64,000 bases of DNA from Antedon mediterranea. Taxonomy: Eukaryota > Animalia > Echinodermata. A program made the translations under genes and the position numbers. The stretch covers positions 12,198,671 to 12,262,670 of the forward strand of contig NC_092676.1 of assembly GCF_964355755.1 (NCBI RefSeq), written 5' to 3'. This document shows positions 1 through 9,610 of this stretch, in pieces. Within the stretch, counting starts at the first letter, position 1. Each line of letters begins with the position of its first letter. The notes under the pieces were generated by a model. That model ran no database searches and was not told where the DNA came from. It saw only the letters and a program-made list of their open reading frames with translations.

Positions 1-2890
1 TGGTTACACAAAAACATCAAAGTGCTTAAAATCACATTTGAAACCGTTTTAGAGCATTTTGAGCATTTCGATAAAACTTTTCACACAAAAACATCAAAGT
101 GTACAAAATAGCTTCAAATCACATTTGAAACCGTTTTAGACCATTTTGAGCATTTCGATAAAACTTTTCACACAAAAACATCAAAGTGTACAAAATAGCT
201 TCAAATCGCATTTGGAGACGTTTTAGACCATTTTGTGCATTTCGATGAAACTTGGTTACACAAAAACATCAAAGTGCTTAAAATTTCATTTGAAAGCGTT
301 TTAGAGCATTTTGAGCATTTCGATAATACTTTTCACACAAAAACATCAAAGTGTACAAAATAGCTTCAAATCGCATTTGGAGACGTTTTAGACCATTTTG
401 TGCATTTCGATAAAACTTTTCACACAAAAACATCAAAGTGTACAAAATAACTTCAAATCGTATTTAGAGACGTTTTAGACCATTTTGTGCATTTTGATAA
501 AACTTTTCACACAAAAACATCAAATTGCACAAAATAGCTTAATATCGTGTTTGAAAACGTTTTAAACCATTTTGAGCATGTCGATAAAACTTTTCACACA
601 AAAATATCAAAGTGCACAGAATATCTTCAAATCGCATTTAGAGACGTTTTAGACCATTTTGTGCATTTCGAAAAAATTTGTTAACATAAAAAGACCAAAG
701 TGTTTAGAATATCTCCAAATCGCATTTGGAGACGTTTTAGACCATTTTGTGATTTTCGAAAAACTTTTTACACTAAAACATCAAAGTGTAGAAAATTGCT
801 TCAAATCGCATTTAGAGATGTTTTAGACCATTTTGTGCATTTCGAAAAAATTTGTTAACATAAAAAGACCAAAGTGTTTAGAATATCTCCAAATCGCATT
901 TGGAGACGTTTTAGACCATTTTGTGCATTTCGATGACACTTGGTTACACAAAAACATCAAAGTGCTTAAAATCACATTTAAAACCGTTTTAAAGCGTTTT
1001 GAGCATTTCGATAAACTTTTCAAACAAAAACATCAAAGTGTACAAAATAGCTTCAAATCGTATTTGGAGACGTTTTAGACCATTTTGTGCGTTTCGATGA
1101 ATCTTGGTTACACAAAAACATCAAAGTGCTTAAAATCACATTTAAAACCGTTTTAGTGCATTTTGAGCATTTCGATAAAACTTTTCACACAAAAACATCA
1201 AATTGCACAAAATAGCTTAATATCGTGTTTGAAAACGTTTTAGACCATTTTGAGCATGTCGATAAAACTTTTCACACAAAAACATAAAAGTGAACAGAAT
1301 AGCTTCAAATTGCATTTGGAGACGTTTTAGAGCATTTTGTGCATTTCGATAAAATGTGTTAACATAAAAAGACCAAAGTGTTTAGAATATCTTCAAATCA
1401 CATTTGGAGACGTTTTAGACCATTTTTTGCATTTCGATGAAACTTGGTTACACAAAAACATCAAAGTGCTTAAAATCACATTTAAAACCGTTTTAGAGCA
1501 TTTTGAGCATTTCAATAAAACTTTTCACACAAAAACATCAAAAAGTGCACAGAATATCTTCAAATCGAATTTAGAGACGTTTTAGACCATTTTGTGCATT
1601 TCGAAAAAATTTGTTAACATAAAAAGACCAAAGTGTTTAGAATATCTCCAAATCGCATTTGGAGACGTTTTAGACCATTTTGTGCATTTCGATGAAACTT
1701 GGTTACACAAAAACATCAAAGTGCTTAAAATCACATTTGAAACCGTTTTAGAGCATTTTGAGCATTTCGATAAAACTTTTCACACAAAAACATCAAAGTG
1801 TACAAAATAGCTTCAAATCGCATTTGGAGACGTTTTAGACCATTTTGTGCATTTCGATAAAACTTTTCACACAAAAACATCAAAGTGTACAAAATAGCTT
1901 CAAATCGCATTTAGAGACGTTTTAGACCATTTTGTGCATTTCGATAAAACTTTTCACACAAAAACATCAAATTGCACAAAATAGCTTCAAGTCGCATTTG
2001 GAGACGTTTTAAACCATTTTGTGCATTTCGATAAAACTTTTCACATAAAAACATCAAAGTGTACAAAATAGCTTCAAATGGCATTTAGAGACGTTTTAGA
2101 CCATTTTGGGCATTTCGATGAAACTTAGTTACACAAATACATAAAAGTCCTTAAAATCACATTTCAAACCGTTTTAGAGCATTTTGAGCATTTCGATAAA
2201 ACTTTTCACACAAAAACATCAAAGTGCACAAAATAGCTTCAAATCGCATTTAGAGATGTTTTAGACCATTTTGTGCAATTCGATAAAACTTTTCACACAA
2301 AAACATCAAATTGCACAAAATAGCTTAATATCGTGTTTGAAAACGTTTTAGACCATTTTGAGCATGTCGATAAAACTTTTCACACAAAAACATAAAAGTG
2401 AACAGAATAGCTTCAAATTGGATTTGGAGACGTTTTAGAGCATTTTGTGCATTTCGATAAAATGTGTTAACATAAAAAGACTTAGTTACACAAATACATA
2501 AAAGTCCTTAAAATCACATTTCAAACCGTTTTAGAGCATTTTGAGCATTTCGATAAAACTTTTCACACAAAAATATCAAAGTGCACAGAATAGCTTCAAA
2601 TCGCATTTGGAGACGTTTTAGACCATTTTGTGTTTTTCGAAAAAACTTTTCACACAAAAACATCAAAGTGTACAAAATTGCTTCAAATCGCATTTGGAGA
2701 CGTTTTAGACCATTTTGTGATTTTCGAAAAACTTTTCACACAAAAACATCAAAGTGTAGAAAATTGCTTCAAATCGCATTTAGAGACGTTTTAGACCATT
2801 TTGTGCATTTCGAAAAAATTTGTTAACATAAAAAGACCAAAGTGTTTAGAATATCTCCAAATCGCATTTGGAGACGTTTTAGACCATTTT
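1..2890. repeat. Satellite DNA array (78/86/87/88-bp monomer family), segment 1; continues beyond the window start
   Basis: Uninterrupted head-to-tail monomers. Type A, 87 bp: tttcgataaaacttttcacacaaaaacatcaaagtgtacaaaatagcttcaaatcgcatttggagacgttttagaccattttgtgca. Type B, 78 bp: tttcgatgaaacttggttacac...gcttaaaatcacatttgaaaccgttttagagcattttgagca. Type C, 88 bp: tttcgaaaaaatttgttaacataaaaagacc...atctccaaatcgcatttggaga. Lengths counted by hand. Confidence 0.98.
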
Positions 2891-3965
2891 TTTTTTTATC
2901 TTATGTGGGTTCATCCCACTTTTATTTCCATACCACTGTTCTCTTTACATATATTTTTCACTATACACTATACATATCATTATATTTACAATGTTTGTTT
3001 AATCATCTGTATACATATACTTATTTAAAGAGTTTTATTCATTTGTTTACATATTATCACATTGATTACATAGCTTCCTCTTTTTAGACATATTATCTGT
3101 AACACATTTTCATTAACAAGCTTATTTTTTTTTCTTACATAGTTGTTTTTGATTTTTTCATCTACCACATTTTCATTTAACAATGCATATTCTCTGTTAT
3201 ACTCATTACTTACTAAATGTTTACTGTTAACATAATATTGTTCTCATCCTTTAACATTAATATTAATATTTTTGTTCTTTAATGTTTACAAAACCAGCAG
3301 ATCCTTTTTTGCATCTATAACTTCTTAAATTTTCATTTAACTTTTTTACTTTCTTCTCTTATGTGGATTCATTCCACTTTTTTTTTTTTTTTTACTTATT
3401 TTCTTTAAAAAAAAAAAAAAAAAAAAAAACTATTTCCATATATTATTTTGTTTATACATACATTATCATTTAACCACATTGATTACATAGTTTCCTCTTT
3501 TTATACATATTATCTATAACACATTTTCATTAACAAAGCTTATTTTTTCTTACATAGTTGTTTTTGGTTTTTTTTCATCTACATGCATATTTATTTCATA
3601 CAATTATAATACGTTTATGTTTAATAAATCCATCCCATGGGTTTGTCCCATTTTATTTTTCTTTGGATTTATCTATGCAAACATATTTTCATTTAAACAA
3701 TGCATATTCTCAGTTATACTAATTACTTACTAACTTTTTACTGTTAACATTATATTTTCCTCATCCTTTAACATTGATTTTTTTTATCTTTAAATGTTTA
3801 CAAAATTTATTTCCAACAGATTATCCTTTTTTGCATCTACAGTATAACCCATCAAAGTTTCATTTAACTTTTTTTTTCCTATGTGGGTTCATTCAATTAT
3901 TTTTTTTTTACTTATTATTTATTCTATTATTTTTTTTATACATACATTATCATTTAACAACATTT
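2891..3965 (-). repeat. Degenerate tandem repeat in the retrotransposon 3'UTR (two full units of ~458 and ~520 bp plus a partial third)
   Basis: Anchor atgtgg(g/a)ttcat recurs at 2903, 3361 and 3881. Shared blocks such as cacattgattacatag, aacacattttcattaacaa, caatgcatattctc, ctcatcctttaacatt, ccttttttgcatcta and tttcatttaactttttt occur in the same order in units 1 and 2. Confidence 0.9.
2897..2926 (-). terminator. Element 3' end: AATAAA polyadenylation signal, then hairpin, then poly(A)
   Basis: Minus strand reads AATAAA-A-GTGGG-ATGAA-CCCAC-ATAAGAT-A11. AATAAA (2926-2921) ends 23 nt before the A tail, which is canonical spacing. Confidence 0.7.
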
Positions 3966-4252
3966 GTGTTTAATGATCCATTAAAAAAATTTGACATTTT
4001 TTTTTTTCTTTTTAACCATTTTATCATTTCAAAATTCCACATGCAGTAAGAATGTGCAAATTACATATATACGGTATATACCTATAATATGAAAGCTTTG
4101 ATGAAAACACTTCACCACTTAAACCTAAACCTTCTTATCCTTCATCATTTTTTTTTATCATCAATCTATAAAAAGCTTTTCACATTTTGTCTTTTTGTTT
4201 TCAAATCATCAAGGTATACATATTTACAAAATATACAGTATAGTAGCAAGGG

Positions 4253-4288
<36 letters not shown>

Positions 4289-4370
4289 ATAATAGATTCA
4301 TCATTCATGGTATCTCATTTACATATTTTCTTCCTTAATCTGGTTGAGCATATATAGTATACCTGCAGAT

Positions 4371-7300
4371 TTACATATTTCTTATCTTTTTTTCAGATTT
4401 AAACATTTGTAGGAGATTGATTTTTTTTTCCTTTTCCAATAAACTTAATATCTTTACTTTATAAATACAAAATGCTCCTAAGGTGTATAATTTATTTACG
4501 TAATTATTGTCAGTTTCAAATAAAAGTCTTTTGAAAGAAAAAACAGGAATATGTATGCTTACTGCTCTAATTATTTCGTTTATCTCTCTCCATAAACATT
4601 TTACTGTTATGCACTCTACTAACATATGTTTATCATTCTCAATAACATTGCATGTGTCACAACATGGGGAATTTACAAGTCTCCACCTATGTAATCTTTC
4701 ATTTGTTGGCAATATTCTGTGCAACAATTTAAAATTAAAATGTGCCAGTTTTTTTCCTTTAAGACCAGAAACTTTCTTAACCCATATTTTTGTCCATGGC
4801 ATATTACCAAATATGGATTCCCACTTAACCTGTGCCGTAGGTGTAATATATTGAGCATCTATTATGAATCTATATAATTGTCTAGACGTCATATTTAAGA
4901 CCTTATTGTTTGTAATAGGTATATCATTTACATTAATGTCATGTGTTGATTTTAAAATACATTTCCATTCTTTTGGAATGGCTTTCAATATACATGAATA
5001 TTCACTGATCCAATTTTGTGTACATCTTAACCTTCTTTTTATCTCTATCGCAGGCTTAAACACATTATTATTTATTACATCATATATTTTTAAAAACCCT
5101 GAACTAATCCAGTTACAGTTATATAACGGCTTCTTTTTAATACATATAAACTCATTACCCCATAATGATTGATTAATAATGTCATCATAGCTTATTGGTT
5201 CCTTATTTAATCTATTATTACAAGCATTAGCTACTGCTATAGACTTAATAACTGAGAGGTAAAATGGTGGTACGGATATATTACACGGAACTTTTGATAA
5301 ATTTGAGGTTAATGATTTTGGGCCTATCTTTTCTATATAAAATGTAGGTAAATATTTCCATTTGGCATCATCGTTTTCATACAGTCTCCTGTACCATTTA
5401 ACTTGGAAAGATATTACCTGAGATCTGAATTCTACCATTTTTAGACCACCTTGACTGTAATTGGCACACATGGTTTTTCTTTTTATTTTCTCTTTCTTAG
5501 TTTCCCAAATGAATTTAAAAATTAATTTATCCACCTCTTTTATTACTTTTTCTGGTACTAGCAAAATGCAGGAATTGTATATAATTTTTGAGAGCGCTAA
5601 TGTTTTTACAATAGTAATTCTTCCAAAAAAAGTGAGGTGTCTTTTCTCCCATGTTTTTAGGGTATTTTTTAATGCGTCTATTTTTTCTTTCCAGTTCTTT
5701 TGATAACAATATTCCTTATCATGTCCAACATAGATACCTAATATCCGAATTGGTGTGGATGTCCAAGAAATGTTACCATGTGTGTCCTTGCAGTCTCTTA
5801 AACTGCCAAGCCAAAAAGCATTTGTTTTATTCTTATTTAATTTTAATCCAGAAACCTCTCCAAACTTTTCAATAATACTTATGCTGTTATCTATACTATT
5901 TATATCCTTTAGAAAAAGCACAGTGTCATCTGCTAGCTGTGCAATCTTAATATCTTTAAATATACCATTGCCTGCAGGAACAATCAGGCCTTTGACCATA
6001 TCACATGCTCTTATTTTTGTAGCTAGGACTTCAGCTACTAAAATAAACAATAGAGCAGACAAGGGACATCCTTGTCTAATACCTTGGTGCATTGCAAAAC
6101 TTTCTGATTGCCAACCATTATTTGTGAATATACAATTTGTATTGTTATACAGTGCTTTTACCCAGTTCACAAATGAAATACCAAAATTGAATTTATTTAA
6201 GGCTTCTATTAAAAATGATCTATTGACACTGTCAAATGCTTTTTGGAAATCTAAACTTATAAGTATACCTTCAAGCTGTTCATTTTCCATGTAAGTAATT
6301 ATGTCCTCTATTAGTCTTATATTGTCACCACCAAAGCGACCTTTTACATACCCTTTTTGGTCATTGTTTATTATATACTTTGCAACTCGATGTAATCTTG
6401 TTGTAAGAACAAAAGAAGCTATTTTGTAGTCAATATTGAGTAAAGTGATAGGACGCCAGTTATTTAAATCTTTGTGATCACCTTTTTTGTAAATAAGGTT
6501 GATTATTCCCCTTCTTTGTGACACAGACATTTCTTGTGTGGCAAAACCATAATTTAGTGCATCACAAACAAGGTCACAGATAAGGTACCAGAAGAGTTGA
6601 TAAAACTCAACTGTTAAACCGTCACTGCCTGGAGCTTAATTTTTTTTCATTTTCTTCATTGCTTGCTCACATTCGAAGAGAGAGAGATGACCCTCACACA
6701 TCTCTTGTTCTGCCTCTGTGAGTTTAGTTAAATTAACATGAGATAGGTACTTATCAATTGATTTGTAAGGAACATCTTGTTTTGAATATATTTTTTTGAA
6801 GAAATTAACCTCTTCCTTCAATATCTCTGTGGAATTTGATATAATGGATCCGTCCTGTTTTTTTAATTTTTTAATATGTTTTTTATTACTATTATTTTTC
6901 TCTAAACCAAGAAAGTATTTAGTGTTTCGTTCGCCATCTTCTATCCACTTTACTCTTGACCTAATTTGAGCGCCTTTAGCTTCCAATAGGTAAATTTGCT
7001 CAAGTTCATTCTTTTTTTGATCTAATTCTGTTTCATACTGGATATTATTATCAGTATTATCCTTTTTCATAATTAAATCATTAATGATAGCAATTTCCTG
7101 TTGAAGTATTTCTTTTCTTTTGCATTTATTTTTATTTTTCATTTTCCCATATTTTATGGAGAATTCCTTTATTTTTACTTTAATCATTTCCCATTTATCC
7201 TTTGGGTTAAGTTCTTCTAATCTAGCTCTTTCTATTATGTTTTTGATGTTGTTTATATAATCTTCATTATCTAAGTGAGAATTGTTCATTTTCCATAATC

Positions 7301-8050
7301 CTGGGCCTCTTTCTTCATTAGTTAAACTTATTTTTAAGGATATGGCTTGGTGATCAGACATGATTGACGGCCTGATATCACATGTGTTAACATATTCACA
7401 TAAGTCGTTAGATATAAAAAATAGTCCAACCTTCTGTACGTTTGGGTGGATTTCCTTCGCCATGTGAATTGACATGTATCTGGGTTATTTTTTCTCCAGA
7501 TGTCATTAAGATTCAGATTTTTCATAAAATGTGTTATTGTAAAAACAGAATTATCTACTCTATCGACACTACCTTTTTGGTCAAATTTTCTGTCTAGAGC
7601 ACAATTCATGTCACCACCTATAATTATTTTATCATTTTTGCTTTCTTTGAAGTCAATAATTGTTTTATGTAAAGTCCTGAAGTAAGAACATCGATCTTTT
7701 ACATAATTTGGGGCATATGAATTGACAAGAATGAAATAGTTGTCATCTATTTGAACTCTTAGAAGTAAAAATCTACCATTAATATCTTTGTATTGTTTTG
7801 TTACCCTGTGTTGAATTTTACTAGCAATAATTGTGGATGTTCCTCTACTGTGTGATGAGCCAAAGCAGTGGTAGGAATCACCTTGCCATATATCATTCAG
7901 TGACTGGGTTTTATCATTTGTCAAATGTGATTCTTGAATGAAGATGATATCTGCTTTGTTGTCTTTGACCCATTTAAAAATACTAATTTGTTTTTGTTTT
8001 TCTCTAAATCCTCTAACATTTAATGATAAAAGGTGTATGTTTGGTGTCAT
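4371..8050 (-). pseudogene. ORF2 (APE endonuclease - reverse transcriptase - C-terminal CCHC zinc finger), ~1226 aa when reconstructed; broken by a 1-nt frameshift at ~7415-7421 and an in-frame TAA at 6636-6638
   Basis: APE motifs LSLNVRG, IIFIQESH, NSYAPN, IIGGDMN, DIWR, FTW, RLDYF. Linker GLWKMN, GAQIRSRVKWIEDGERNTKYF. After the stop the frame continues APGSDGLTVEFYQLFW. RT motifs NWRPITLLNIDYKI, DQKGYVKGR, LDFQKAFDSV, GIRQGCPLSALLF, QLADD, SGLKLNKNKT, ILGI. C-terminal CDTC...H...C. Three ORF-track fragments (7334-8050, 6636-7475, 4371-6530) tile one gene. Confidence 0.95.
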
Positions 8051-8134
8051 ATGATTATTAAATATAAAACATTTTATAAACTTTATAATTTATCTTAAAT
8101 AAAAAAACTAAATTGTAATAATAAACATTTGAAG

Positions 8135-9406
8135 TCATATTGCACAGTATGATACAGTAGTTCTGCAACTTACTTCCTTGTAACCCTTTTCCTTAGGTTG
8201 ATTTTTTTTTTTTTTTTTCTGTGGTGGATTTTCTGGTGATGTTTCCTTTAAATCTTTTTCAGTTCTACTTTCATCAGTGGTAGCCCCTTTCCTTTCATTG
8301 TTACTTTTTGAGTTTTGAGTGGAAGAAACAAAAAAATCTGTTACCTTCTTCTGTTCTTTGCTTTCACTTGCTTCACTAATGGTCTTTTCCTCACTGTCCA
8401 AAATTATTATATCTTTGTCTTTTACATGTTCTTGTTCTTCATCAGATTCACTTCCGCTGCTGTCATCTGCAGTATCTTGTGAGCTGAACACTTCATCAAT
8501 ATCTACTTCTGTGTCTGAATTTGGGTTTGCATTATCATGTGATTTATCTTTATCTGTTATCTTTAAGTCTTTATCTGTTATTTGTTTTGGTATTGGAGTG
8601 TGCACAAATGATTCCCACATACGGTTAATATATGCCCCTGTTGATCCCATTGAGTTGGCTGATATTTGCTGTTGGCCTATTTCATTGTTGCAAGTGCTCA
8701 TAGTATGACCTTCTTGGTGACATTTAAAGCATACTCTATTAGCCTTACATTGATAAGCTTCGTGTCCATTTTTCAAGCATTTGTTACATTTGATCTCTTG
8801 TCCTTCGTGAAACACACGAGCTTTGAAACCATTTAGAACGATTTGCCTGGGTATGGGGGATGACATTTTTTCAACAAAGACAGCCCTATCACCATTAAGC
8901 CAACTTGTCAGTTGTCCGTTGACTCTGATTTTTTGCCTCATTATATCACTTACTGGTTTGCAACCCAATGCTTTTAACCGGTTTGCTATCTCGGAGTCCG
9001 CTACAGACAACGGAATATCTTTAATGAGGATTCTCGTACTGTCCGTTTTGTTATATGCAAGATATGGATTAATGTCGAACACTGTGACATTACAATTTCT
9101 TATGTTAATACCGTTCGTTATTAGTTGCACTCTGTCTTTCCTATCATTGACATAGATTCTCCAGAGATTCCGGATTTTCTGAACACCTACGATGTGATCG
9201 GCGGGTATAATTTTTGTTAATGTAATGCATAGATCTTCATCTCTAAAGAACGATTTATCGGTTGGAATTTGGTCTGCTTTTAAAAACACCGGCTTCACAC
9301 CTCCTTGTTGTTGCGTTGTTTGCATACCGGCTTTGTTTACTCGGTTGCTCGTAGCCCCCGCTGACTTTGTAGAAGCGGCGGGAGATTTCGGTTGATATGT
9401 AGCCAT
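8135..9406 (-). CDS. ORF1p, gag-like nucleic-acid-binding protein of Tx1/L1 type (423 aa)
   Basis: Lies directly upstream of ORF2. Two CCHC zinc knuckles, CNKCLKNGHEAYQC and CFKCHQEGHTMSTC. RRM-like N-terminal region (GVQKIRNLWRIY, RILIKDIPLSV, NGDRAVFV) and an acidic/Ser-rich then basic tail. Confidence 0.92.
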   Translation of the reverse strand: MATYQPKSPAASTKSAGATSNRVNKAGMQTTQQQGGVKPVFLKADQIPTDKSFFRDEDLCITLTKIIPADHIVGVQKIRNLWRIYVNDRKDRVQLITNGINIRNCNVTVFDINPYLAYNKTDSTRILIKDIPLSVADSEIANRLKALGCKPVSDIMRQKIRVNGQLTSWLNGDRAVFVEKMSSPIPRQIVLNGFKARVFHEGQEIKCNKCLKNGHEAYQCKANRVCFKCHQEGHTMSTCNNEIGQQQISANSMGSTGAYINRMWESFVHTPIPKQITDKDLKITDKDKSHDNANPNSDTEVDIDEVFSSQDTADDSSGSESDEEQEHVKDKDIIILDSEEKTISEASESKEQKKVTDFFVSSTQNSKSNNERKGATTDESRTEKDLKETSPENPPQKKKKKNQPKEKGYKEVSCRTTVSYCAI

Positions 9407-9610
9407 TAAGCTACGTTGGATTTTACACGTTAAACTTGAGTATATTATCGTAATATACCAAACGACAAACTTCTTTTTGTTCAGAATCCTTATGTAAATC
9501 AGGATTACTTACTTAATCTTCGTTTTACAGTGAAATATGGTGTAAAAATAACTATTTTACTCAGAGCTTAGTTTGGCCTGTCACCTTGGTTTCCTGACCA
9601 GAGCGCCCGT
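9407..9610 (-). promoter_or_regulatory. Retrotransposon 5'UTR (~204 nt), presumed internal promoter
   Basis: Unique sequence between the satellite junction and the ORF1 ATG, with a GC-richer 5' tip (ACGGGCGCTCTGGTCAGG). Promoter function is inferred only from L1-clade biology. Confidence 0.55.

Larger units (their letters stand above)
2887..9610 (-). mobile_element. Full-length non-LTR retrotransposon, L1 clade / Tx1-like, copy 1 (~6.72 kb)
   Basis: Sharp switch from satellite to unique sequence. T11 at 2887-2897 is the poly(A) tail on the minus strand (first 4 T shared with the target). ORF1 (2x CCHC) and ORF2 (APE-RT-zinc finger) lie on the minus strand. Satellite resumes after ...gagcgcccgt at 9610. 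Confidence 0.96.

Noticed and set aside
5920-5945. RT catalytic motif LADD instead of YADD as an inactivating or novel change
   Set aside because: Both catalytic aspartates are intact and hydrophobic substitution at this position occurs in non-LTR RTs; not informative alone.
6636-6638. Alternative genetic code (TAA reassigned) explaining the internal stop
   Set aside because: Only one internal TAA occurs in ~1226 codons, and ORF2 and copy-2 ORF1 terminate at TAA. A point mutation from AAA is simpler.
4507-9155. Plus-strand ORFs overlapping the element (e.g. 5755-6294, 8319-8708, 8823-9155) and their copy-2 equivalents
   Set aside because: Antisense shadows of ORF1/ORF2 with Phe/Leu/Ser-rich low-information sequence.
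9540-9610. Possible HDV-like or hammerhead ribozyme at the element 5' end
   Set aside because: No complementary P1 partner for GGGCGCT was found by eye, and CTGAGTA does not fit the CUGANGA core. An RNArobo/Infernal search would be needed to exclude it fully.
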